A stretch of 25,668 nt of DNA from a virus. Position 1 is the first letter of the stretch; every line of letters begins with the position of its first letter. Below the pieces are notes generated by a model. That model was not told where the DNA came from and did not search any database. It worked only from the letters and a program-made list of their open reading frames with translations. Where the stretch lies: the IMG/VR virus record IMGVR_UViG_3300028840_001289, positions 1 to 25,668 of that record; one strand, written 5' to 3'. This document shows positions 7,752 to 15,380 of this stretch, in pieces. Position numbers and translations under genes: made by a program.

Positions 7752-7940
7752 TTAAAAATTAATCCATTTGCTTTTGCCTGCTTCCCTATACTGGTTGTAC
7801 TTGGGGTGCATTTCATATTTGCCATTGCTGTCATCACAGAACTTCATCATTTCGATCCTGCGGTTGTGTACTGACTGTGGCTTCTTGAAAATAAATATCG
7901 CCAGGGCGATGATTGCTAAGATGATTAAGATTGTTATCAT
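7752..7940 (-). CDS. Small membrane-anchored protein, 62 aa from MITILIILAIIALAIFIFKK.
   Basis: The ATG at 7940 is preceded by ACAATAGACAA, the same leader as at 7733 and 8067. The N-terminus is a TM helix. This is the first gene of the leftward block. Confidence 0.5.
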   Translation of the reverse strand: MITILIILAIIALAIFIFKKPQSVHNRRIEMMKFCDDSNGKYEMHPKYNQYREAGKSKWINF

Positions 7941-8013
7941 TTGTCTATTGTTTTTGTTTGACGTTGCAAAATAACGCATAATATTTTAAACCACCAAACT
8001 TTTTTTAAATTAT

Positions 8014-8039
8014 TTTGCGATTTATTTTTTATACCTTTG
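8014..8039 (+). promoter_or_regulatory. Bacteroidota-type promoter candidate: TTTG at 8014..8017 and -7 box TAccTTTG at 8032..8039.
   Basis: It matches the TAnnTTTG consensus in the divergent intergenic region, 27 nt upstream of the 8067 ATG. The 14-nt spacer to TTTG is shorter than the textbook spacing of about 19. Confidence 0.45.
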
Positions 8040-8066
8040 CCGCAATATTAATTTAACAATAGACAG

Positions 8067-10262
8067 ATGGAATACAACGAATTTTTAAAAACAAAACAAA
8101 AGGCAGTTATTAGATCGGGGTTTGATGTTGATTACAGCGACCTCAACCCGATGCTGTTTGACTTCCAGAAGTTCACAGTCAAAAAGGCTCTCAAGTCAGG
8201 CAAGTATGCAATATTTGCGGATACAGGATTAGGTAAGACACCAATGCAGCTTGAAATTGCAAACCAGGTTAAAATGAAAACTCAGGAGCCAGTCCTAATT
8301 CTTGCACCGCTGGCAGTTACCGGTCAGACTATTGAGGAAGGGCAAAAGTTTCATATTGAAGTTAAAAGATTGACTGATGAACCAGTTAAGAAAGGTATTT
8401 ATATAACCAACTATGAACAATTGGAAAACATCAATACCAACCAATTTGGGTGCATTATTTTGGATGAATCTTCAATCCTGAAAAATGCTATGGGCAAGTA
8501 TCGCAACCAACTTATTAAGGATTTCAAAAACACGCCTTATAAATATTGCTTTACAGCTACACCATCACCAAACGACCCGATGGAACTTGGTAACCATGCT
8601 GAATTCCTGGATGCGATCAGCTACAATGAAATGCTTGCTATGTATTTTGTGCATGATGGTGGTGAAACGCAAAAATGGAGGCTCAAAGGCCATGCAATTC
8701 AAAAGTTCTGGGAGTTTGTAGCAAGCTGGGGTATCATGTATAACCACCCAAAAGATATAGGATTTGAGCATGATGAATTTGATTTACCACCTCTCAGGAT
8801 AATTGAGAAACAAGTAGCTACTAAAGTCCCTGATGGCATGTTGTTTGGCGGCCTGGCAGTTAATGCAACCGATTACAATGCCTCACTCAGAGAAACAGAA
8901 GATGATCGAATCTCACAGACTATTGATATTGTTACCCGAATAGGATTTAAAGATCATATTCTTATATGGGCAAAGCAAAACCAGGAAGCAAAGAAGCTAT
9001 ATGACAGGCTTACTTATTTAGGTCACGATTGCAGAAATGTTCAAGGCAGCGATAGCCCAGAAAAAAAGGAAAAGGATCTGCTTGGATTCATGCACAAAGA
9101 CTATCAAATACTGATCACAAAGCAGGAAATTGCATCAATGGGCCTGAACTATCAGCATTGTCACTACCAGGTATTTAATTCTGTCGACTTCTCATTTGAA
9201 AAGGCATACCAGGGAATGAGAAGATCATGGAGATTCGGACAAAAAAACGAGGTGACCGTTTATATGGTTACTACTGACAGGATGGCTAACGTTATCAAAG
9301 CACAACAAAAAAAACAAGAACAATTTGAAGAGATGCAACATAGAATGACAAATGCAGTAATTAAACATATAGACGGGCTTATTACTACTTCTGTCGATTT
9401 GCAATCAGACGTTATCACAGACCAATACAAACTCCTTCAAGGGGATTGCGTCAGGCGTTCAAAAGACCTTGAAAACAACGAGGCTGATTTAATTGTTTTC
9501 AGCCCACCTTTCAGCGAGCTTTACACATATTCCAGCCATGTTGAGGATATGGGTAACAGCGCAAATTATGATGAGTTTCAGCAGCATTTCAAATACCTGA
9601 TCCCAGAACTCAAAAGAGTATTGAAACCGGGCAGGATTTGTGCAATACATTGTATGGATCTTCCAATTCAAAAAGGCAAAGAAGGCTATATCGGATTACG
9701 TGACTTTTCAGGAATGCTCATTAAATGGTTCCAGGATGAAGGTTTTATTTATCATTCAAGGGTGACTATTTGGAAAGATCCAGTAATCGAAATGCAGCGC
9801 ACCAAAGCCCTGGGATTGTTGCACAAACAACTAAAAAAAGACAGTTCTATGTCAAGGGTAGGCATCCCGGATTATGTATTGATATTTCGCAATGATGGTG
9901 AAAATGAAATACCAATCGAAAACAAACATATCCCCGTTGAACTTTGGCAGAAGATGGCCAGCCCGATATGGTTAGATATTGACTACACAAGGACACTCAA
10001 CTACCGCCAGGCCCGTGGTGAGAACGATGAGAAACATATCGCTCCTCTACAACTGGAAACAATAGAAAGGCTTATACAACTTTATTCGAATGAATATGAA
10101 ACAGTATTTAGCCCTTTCGGCGGGATAGGATCAGAAGGCTATCAAGCCATCCTGATGAATCGCAAATCTATCAGTATTGAACTTAAAGAAAGTTATTTTG
10201 ATGTGAATATAAAAAACCATATTAATGCTGTTCAGAAGTCCGGGCAACTTACACTAATTTAG
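8067..10262 (+). CDS. Fusion protein, 731 aa: N-terminal SNF2-family helicase and C-terminal beta-class DNA amino-methyltransferase. The SPPF motif IV predicts N4-cytosine specificity.
   Basis: Helicase motifs: I ADTGLGKT, II LDESS, III TATPSPNDPMEL, V ASMGLNYQ, VI QGMRRSWRFGQ. MTase motifs: IV DLIVFSPPF, then I VFSPFGGIGSEG near the C-terminus (order IV then I). Confidence 0.85.
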   Translation: MEYNEFLKTKQKAVIRSGFDVDYSDLNPMLFDFQKFTVKKALKSGKYAIFADTGLGKTPMQLEIANQVKMKTQEPVLILAPLAVTGQTIEEGQKFHIEVKRLTDEPVKKGIYITNYEQLENINTNQFGCIILDESSILKNAMGKYRNQLIKDFKNTPYKYCFTATPSPNDPMELGNHAEFLDAISYNEMLAMYFVHDGGETQKWRLKGHAIQKFWEFVASWGIMYNHPKDIGFEHDEFDLPPLRIIEKQVATKVPDGMLFGGLAVNATDYNASLRETEDDRISQTIDIVTRIGFKDHILIWAKQNQEAKKLYDRLTYLGHDCRNVQGSDSPEKKEKDLLGFMHKDYQILITKQEIASMGLNYQHCHYQVFNSVDFSFEKAYQGMRRSWRFGQKNEVTVYMVTTDRMANVIKAQQKKQEQFEEMQHRMTNAVIKHIDGLITTSVDLQSDVITDQYKLLQGDCVRRSKDLENNEADLIVFSPPFSELYTYSSHVEDMGNSANYDEFQQHFKYLIPELKRVLKPGRICAIHCMDLPIQKGKEGYIGLRDFSGMLIKWFQDEGFIYHSRVTIWKDPVIEMQRTKALGLLHKQLKKDSSMSRVGIPDYVLIFRNDGENEIPIENKHIPVELWQKMASPIWLDIDYTRTLNYRQARGENDEKHIAPLQLETIERLIQLYSNEYETVFSPFGGIGSEGYQAILMNRKSISIELKESYFDVNIKNHINAVQKSGQLTLI

Positions 10263-10317
10263 TATCTTTATCGCCTGATTTATGCGGAAATCAAACCACG
10301 ATATTGTCTATTGGATA

Positions 10318-10362
10318 GCCTTGCCGAGTAGTTGCCGCATCAACGAAAGGCAGGGCTTTTTT
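10318..10362 (+). terminator. Candidate intrinsic terminator after the helicase-MTase gene.
   Basis: GCCTTGCC (10318..10325) pairs with GGCAGGGC (10349..10356) with one G-U pair, followed by T6 (10357..10362). The 23-nt loop is long, so confidence is moderate. Confidence 0.4.
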
Positions 10363-10374
10363 AATCTTTACAAC

Positions 10375-10704
10375 ATGAGCATTTCACCAGACTATGACAG
10401 ATGGTATAACAACCTTACCACCAAAGAACGGGATGAGTTTGAACAGTATTGCAGAAACAGGATGACACCTGAAGAATATGCCGCTTATACACCCGTGGCA
10501 GTCAAACCAAAACAAATTGACCCGAAAGACATCCAAATGTTTCAGGCACTTATTGATGGTCACATTTCTGAAACCGAATGGATCAAATATAAAGCACCAA
10601 GAAACAAAACCCAAATGATGGAACTCGCTAAAATTATTACTATGCAACGCAAAATAAAACGGACTAAAAAACAAGCCCAATGGATATTGACCCGAATCTC
10701 CTGA
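10375..10704 (+). CDS. Hypothetical protein, 109 aa from MSISPDYDRWYNN.
   Basis: The ATG at 10375 lies just after the terminator T-run. The ORF-track start at 10282 would place the terminator hairpin inside the coding sequence. Confidence 0.5.
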   Translation: MSISPDYDRWYNNLTTKERDEFEQYCRNRMTPEEYAAYTPVAVKPKQIDPKDIQMFQALIDGHISETEWIKYKAPRNKTQMMELAKIITMQRKIKRTKKQAQWILTRIS

Positions 10705-11936
10705 AACAAATTGAGTCCATCGCCAAAGAACTCAAAGAAAAACCACCAGCCAATTACATAAGAGTTGGTACAGACTATTTCAAAATAATAGAAAAACCCG
10801 ATAGATTCGGAATAGTCCGCAAAGAGTTAAAAAAATGGAGCATCGAAGCCATCCGCATTGACGAAGGCCGAAAATACCCAAAGAAAATACCCAAATATGA
10901 TGACTTCATCATTGAACCTAATAACAACGGAGAATCACCAATCATAGGCAACTGTTATAATATGCACCATCCATTTGCCCATAAACCAAAACCGGGTGAA
11001 TGGAAATGGACATTTACAATGCTCAAACAAATATTCGGAACCCAGTTCAAAGCCGGTATGATATACCTCCAGGTGCTATACCTCTACCCAAAACAAGCCC
11101 TGCCCGTTTTGGTACTGGTATCAAAAGAGCGACAGACAGGCAAATCAACCTTCCTGGACTGGCTTAACCTTATCTTCGGTGCTAACGTGGCCATGATCGA
11201 TCCTGATGTTATCGGCGGCAACTTCAACGGTGAGTATGCAGCAGCTAATATCATTGCCATTGACGAAACAATACTTGATAAACAAATAGCAGTGGAGAAA
11301 ATAAAAGCACTCGCTACAAAGAAGTTTATTTCAGTCAACATCAAAAATGTTCAGCAATTTAAACTTCCCTTTTTCGGTAAAATCATAATGGCATCAAATA
11401 ACGAAGACAAGTTTATGAGAATCGATGACGAAGAAATCCGGTTTTGGATACGTAAACTCGGCACTCCCAAAATTAACAACCACAGCATTCTTAATGATAT
11501 GATCGATGAAATACCTGCCTTCCTGCACTACCTCACTACAATGCCAATACCTGACTTCTCAAAATCACGAATGGTGCTGACATCAGACCAAATCAAAAAC
11601 CAATGGCTTGAAGACGTTAAAAAAGAAAGCCGATCATGGCTCCATAAAGAACTGATGATACTGTTTAAAGAATATTTGGAAGAATCAGGCAAACCTTATT
11701 TTTACATGACAGCAACCCAAATCAAAAATGAATGGTTCGCAAATAATAACCAGGTGCTAAGAGCTTATATATTCCAGGTGCTTAGAAAAGAGATGAACCT
11801 GATATCACAACCCTATGCCAGATACCCCGAACAATTATGCTATAAAGATATGAGTATCAGGGGCGCACCCTTTATGATAGGCCCTATTCAATTAGGTATT
11901 GAGGTTGAATGTCACGAAAGCCAAGACGATTTTTGA
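10680..11936 (+). CDS. P-loop NTPase of the SF3-helicase / VirE / D5-like type. Putative replication initiator-helicase, 418 aa.
   Basis: Walker A VLVSKERQTGKSTF and Walker B IIAIDET, with a downstream IMASNN motif (sensor-like). It sits in the replication module. Confidence 0.65.
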   Translation: MDIDPNLLKQIESIAKELKEKPPANYIRVGTDYFKIIEKPDRFGIVRKELKKWSIEAIRIDEGRKYPKKIPKYDDFIIEPNNNGESPIIGNCYNMHHPFAHKPKPGEWKWTFTMLKQIFGTQFKAGMIYLQVLYLYPKQALPVLVLVSKERQTGKSTFLDWLNLIFGANVAMIDPDVIGGNFNGEYAAANIIAIDETILDKQIAVEKIKALATKKFISVNIKNVQQFKLPFFGKIIMASNNEDKFMRIDDEEIRFWIRKLGTPKINNHSILNDMIDEIPAFLHYLTTMPIPDFSKSRMVLTSDQIKNQWLEDVKKESRSWLHKELMILFKEYLEESGKPYFYMTATQIKNEWFANNNQVLRAYIFQVLRKEMNLISQPYARYPEQLCYKDMSIRGAPFMIGPIQLGIEVECHESQDDF

Positions 11937-11980
11937 AAACCCACAGCAAACTTGTCTATATGTATATATATTTTTTAAAA

Positions 11981-12055
11981 GACATTATGACATTAGGACA
12001 AAGCCGCATTTGGCGCAGGTTTCCGGTGTCACGAAGTTTGTCACGATGTCACAAA
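11981..12055. repeat. Array of short repeats: GACATT-at-GACATT-ag-GACA, then a 27-nt spacer, then GTCACGAA-gttt-GTCACGAt-GTCACAAA.
   Basis: GACA cores start at 11981, 11989 and 11997. GTCAC cores start at 12028, 12040 and 12048. A further GTCACGAA lies at 11911. GACA and TGTC are reverse complements, so the two triplets form an imperfect large inverted array. Confidence 0.7.
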
Positions 12056-12056
12056 G

Positions 12057-12084
12057 TTGTTTTTGCTGATAATTTACTAATTTT
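12057..12084 (+). promoter_or_regulatory. Promoter candidate for the packaging operon: TTG at 12057..12059 and -7 box TAatTTTG at 12077..12084.
   Basis: It matches TAnnTTTG, 23 nt upstream of the terS start, with a 17-nt spacer to the upstream TTG. Confidence 0.4.
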
Positions 12085-12107
12085 GAAAACAACAAAAATA
12101 TTCAGAC

Positions 12108-12395
12108 TTGCCATATAAGAAAGGACATACGAACAACCCTGAAGGCAGACCAAAAGGAAGTAGAAACGCACGTAGCCTGCAATGGGAGACACTGGCAAAG
12201 GACATCATAGGCAGGCATTCAGAACGGTTCAACAAGGTGCTGGACAACCTCGATGATGAAGAGTTCGCCAGGCAATACACCACTATTCTGAACTACTTCA
12301 AGCCACGTCTAGCCTCCACCCAAATGCAGGGACAGGCAGACATCAACATAACAATCAAGGCCCCGGATGGCACGGATTACCTTCAAGACGACTGA
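12108..12395 (+). CDS. terS: Putative terminase small subunit, 95 aa, with a TTG start.
   Basis: It lies immediately upstream of and overlaps terL. The N-terminal basic motif is KKGHTNNPEGRPKGSRNA, a GNPxGRPKG-like motif common in small terminase or DNA-binding phage proteins (from memory). The only in-frame start is TTG at 12108. Confidence 0.5.
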   Translation: MPYKKGHTNNPEGRPKGSRNARSLQWETLAKDIIGRHSERFNKVLDNLDDEEFARQYTTILNYFKPRLASTQMQGQADINITIKAPDGTDYLQDD

Positions 12396-13518
12396 CGTAT
12401 TCAACCGCCTGACCAAACGCTGGAAGGATAGCCGCTACATCATCTGCTATGGTGGCAGCAGTTCAAGCAAGTCCGTTTCGATACTGCAACAGCTCACCTT
12501 ATACGCCCTGGTCAACAGCAACAAGCGTATCACCATCAGTGCCGAATCATTGCCGGTGCTGAAGAAGACAGTTATTCCCGATTGGAAGGCCCATGTGATG
12601 CAAGGGCTATACGAACCCAAAGCTATGAACGTATCAGAGATGGTGTACAGGTTCCCGACTGGCAGCTACTTCCAATTCATTCCTGGTGATGATGCAGCCC
12701 GATGGCATGGGTTACGTTCTAATATTGTTTACTTCGATGAGGTGTTCTATATCAAAAAGGCCATCTATGACCAGGCTGACATCAGGACGAGTGAGAAGGT
12801 CATAAGCTCATTCAACCCCGCTGCTGAGTTCTGGATCAAAGACCTGTTCGATGAGCCTAAGACCTACGTTGATCACAGCACGTACAAGGACAATCCCTAC
12901 ATCACCCAGCAGATCGTTGACGCATTGGAGGCACGCATTAAGACAGATCCTAATTTCCACCGTGTCTATGCGCTTGGTCAATGGGGCAGCCTTGAAGGAT
13001 TGGTATTCGAGGAGGGCACGCATTGGACCGTAACCGATGAATGGCCTGATGACTTCAAGAAGGAGCGATACGGGCTGGACTTTGGGTATTCAATCGATCC
13101 CGCCTGCCTGGTCCATATCCGCTACCACAACGGGGAGTTGTATTTGAAGGAGCTTGTGTACAAACGTGAGATGCTGAACAGTGACATAGCCATCTACCTG
13201 GGCGGCACTGTGCCAACGGTGGCAGACAGTGCAGAGCCGAAGTCGATAGCTGAACTGCAACGGTTGGGCAAGTATGTAAAGGCATCGGTAAAGGGCAAGG
13301 ATAGTATTAATAATGGCATCCAGGTAATGAAGCAATTCAAGATGAACGTGCATCGGGACAGCGTAAACGTCATCAAGGAGCTGCGGCGGTATTCGTGGCA
13401 GGAGAACCGGCAGGGGGAGAAGTTAACGAAGCCGATAGATGAGTGGAACCATGCGATTGATGCTGCCCGGTATGCGGTTACGGATATGTTTAGTGAGAAG
13501 CCTTTTTTTGTTATTTAA
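12367..13518 (+). CDS. terL: Terminase large subunit (PBSX/Terminase_3-like), 383 aa.
   Basis: Walker A-like CYGGSSSSKS and Walker B IVYFDEV. Nuclease-domain motifs are GLDFGYSIDPACL and HAIDAARYAV at the C-terminus. Confidence 0.85.
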   Translation: MARITFKTTDVFNRLTKRWKDSRYIICYGGSSSSKSVSILQQLTLYALVNSNKRITISAESLPVLKKTVIPDWKAHVMQGLYEPKAMNVSEMVYRFPTGSYFQFIPGDDAARWHGLRSNIVYFDEVFYIKKAIYDQADIRTSEKVISSFNPAAEFWIKDLFDEPKTYVDHSTYKDNPYITQQIVDALEARIKTDPNFHRVYALGQWGSLEGLVFEEGTHWTVTDEWPDDFKKERYGLDFGYSIDPACLVHIRYHNGELYLKELVYKREMLNSDIAIYLGGTVPTVADSAEPKSIAELQRLGKYVKASVKGKDSINNGIQVMKQFKMNVHRDSVNVIKELRRYSWQENRQGEKLTKPIDEWNHAIDAARYAVTDMFSEKPFFVI

Positions 13519-13576
13519 TTTGTATATTTGCAGCACGCAAGGTGGAGGACTTGTAAAGATATTGTACGTACATAAG

Positions 13577-13600
13577 CCCCTCCCTCCAGAGGGGTTTTTT
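13577..13600 (+). terminator. Intrinsic terminator downstream of terL.
   Basis: CCCCTC (13577..13582) pairs with GAGGGG (13589..13594). The loop is 6 nt and a T6 run follows (13595..13600). Confidence 0.7.
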
Positions 13601-13611
13601 AATTTAAGGAT

Positions 13612-14463
13612 ATGGATAAGAGGAGATTAGAGGATTTAAAACCGCATCCTAAAAACATGGAGATTTACGGTGATTCAACACCTGATTCCCTATTTGTTGA
13701 CAGCATAAAAAATAACGGATTTGAGAACCCAATAAAGATAAGCAGTGACAACGTTATCATTGGTGGCCACAGGCGATTTAAGGCAGCTCAGATATTGAAA
13801 TTGGAAGAAGTTCCTGTCATTGTTGTAAGTGGTAATTTATTGGTTCATTTTTTAGAGGATAACCGGCAGAGAGAAAAGAACTGGGAGATGTTGGCCAATG
13901 AAAAGGCTTTAATGAAAGAGATCGAGACTGAAAAGGCTAAGGAGAGGCAATCAGAAGGGGGAAGGAAGGGAAAACCTAATACTTTAAAAGATAAGAAAAA
14001 AGTTACTGATGTTTCTAAACCTACTCCCCAATCCTCTGACATTGTTGCAAAGCAATATGGAGTGAGCAGGCCAACTTTAGAAAAAGAATTAAAGATTCTT
14101 GATGCCGCAAAAAAAGGAAACAAGAAGGCTAAAGACGCTGTTAAGAAGCTCAACTCACAGAAAAAGCCTAAGATTGCAACTGCATATAAAGACCTGTTTG
14201 AGCAAAAGCCGGAGTTTACACAGGAAGAACTTCTTGAAAAAGCTAAGAAGGATAAAATTAATTATCTCAGAAAACTTGGTACTAAATTTTATGAGATCCT
14301 TGGAGATGTTGAAAAAATACATCTGGGTGAAATCACATTAGATACACCTGAAGAAGTTGCAGAGGCTCAGCTAATAATTGATTGCATGAGAAAGGCAATA
14401 AGGATAGGTTTAGAGCAAGATGTTAATTTAGATACAATTAAGAAGGTATTCAAAATAAATTAG
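13612..14463 (+). CDS. ParB-like nuclease-domain (ParB/Srx fold) protein, 283 aa, with a Lys-rich middle region and an HTH-like segment.
   Basis: The N-terminus reads LKPHPKNMEIYGD...GFENPIKISSDNVIIGGHRRFKAAQILKLEEVPVIV, with GxxRxxA and the ParB box. VAKQYGVSRPTLEKELKIL is HTH-like. Confidence 0.8.
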   Translation: MDKRRLEDLKPHPKNMEIYGDSTPDSLFVDSIKNNGFENPIKISSDNVIIGGHRRFKAAQILKLEEVPVIVVSGNLLVHFLEDNRQREKNWEMLANEKALMKEIETEKAKERQSEGGRKGKPNTLKDKKKVTDVSKPTPQSSDIVAKQYGVSRPTLEKELKILDAAKKGNKKAKDAVKKLNSQKKPKIATAYKDLFEQKPEFTQEELLEKAKKDKINYLRKLGTKFYEILGDVEKIHLGEITLDTPEEVAEAQLIIDCMRKAIRIGLEQDVNLDTIKKVFKIN

Positions 14464-14522
14464 TACATTTGAAAATGACCTGTATGGATGGGGTCTTATG
14501 TCATCCATTAAATACATATTAT

Positions 14523-15296
14523 ATGAACAATGAACAGACTGGCGAAGTCATAAAAACACGCTATTCATCAAAAGACATCTCAAATTTCAATCCTGAATAC
14601 ACCCTTGGAGATGTTATAGAAGAAAAAATCCAATATCTTTTAGAGAAAGCTCATGCAGCACCCCACGTTATTGTTATAACAAAAATGCAACTTCTGTGGA
14701 GTGATAAGCCTTTTATTGATCTGGATAAAGAGGACATAAGGAGAGTCCCGTTGTTTGGAAGTTTTGATACTGCGGTTAAGCATATACCAGGGAGAAGGCC
14801 GACAAAAAGAGAGCAACGGAAACAAGTAGCCACCTTTGGAATAGCATTGGAGTGGCCTCACAAATCTATCATGGATTTATTACAAGCAAAGTTTTCGCAA
14901 ACGTTAAATAAATTCATCAGGGATAATAATGACGTATTACCGGCTCCTTTTAAGAAATATTACGCTCCTGACGGTTCACAAAAAGAATTTACACAGGATG
15001 ACCCGTTGCATTTTCCAAATTATTTAGGATACGTATTGATTCACAAAGGCTATTCAGATCAGATAAAAGAATTTTTAATGAGTGATGAAACGCCACTATG
15101 GATGAAGTATCAATTCGAGGATGCTAAGGCTTACACTTCCTATGCTTATAAAAAAAGGATTCTAAAATACGAAAAGGGTATTGAAGCAACAGAGCAGAAA
15201 CTATTAGAGTCAGTGCCTGTGTTAAATTTAATAACCACCAACATCCCAGAGGATCAGAAAAAACTCATAGGACAGCAATATGTTGTTGAGGACTAA
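14523..15296 (+). CDS. Hypothetical protein, 257 aa from MNNEQTGEV.
   Basis: Long ORF. The start is uncertain: TTG 14469, ATG 14475 and ATG 14484 are alternatives. An ATGGATG/CATCCAT inverted repeat at about 14484..14510 argues for the later start. Confidence 0.55.
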   Translation: MNNEQTGEVIKTRYSSKDISNFNPEYTLGDVIEEKIQYLLEKAHAAPHVIVITKMQLLWSDKPFIDLDKEDIRRVPLFGSFDTAVKHIPGRRPTKREQRKQVATFGIALEWPHKSIMDLLQAKFSQTLNKFIRDNNDVLPAPFKKYYAPDGSQKEFTQDDPLHFPNYLGYVLIHKGYSDQIKEFLMSDETPLWMKYQFEDAKAYTSYAYKKRILKYEKGIEATEQKLLESVPVLNLITTNIPEDQKKLIGQQYVVED

Positions 15297-15305
15297 CCAA
15301 CCAAG

Positions 15306-15330
15306 CCACCCCTAACCGGGTGGTTTTTTT
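15306..15330 (+). terminator. Intrinsic terminator closing the ParB cassette.
   Basis: CCACCC (15306..15311) pairs with GGGTGG (15318..15323). The loop is 6 nt and a T7 run follows (15324..15330). Confidence 0.75.
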
Positions 15331-15335
15331 ATGGG

Positions 15336-15369
15336 TTGACATTTGTAAATTTTGCATTACATTTGTAAA
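15336..15369 (+). promoter_or_regulatory. Promoter candidate for the structural operon: TTG at 15336..15338, a 19-nt spacer, and -7 box TAcaTTTG at 15358..15365. It lies within two 11-bp direct repeats ACATTTGTAAA.
   Basis: The TAnnTTTG match has textbook spacing. The direct repeats are at 15339..15349 and 15359..15369. The portal ATG is at 15381. Confidence 0.55.
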
Positions 15370-15380
15370 AACCTATTCCT

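Noticed and set aside
13507-13530. TTTG plus TAtaTTTG as a firm promoter call downstream of terL.
   Set aside because: The 12-nt spacer between the boxes is well short of the usual spacing of about 19, and the element overlaps the terL stop region. It is reported only as a hypothesis in the findings.
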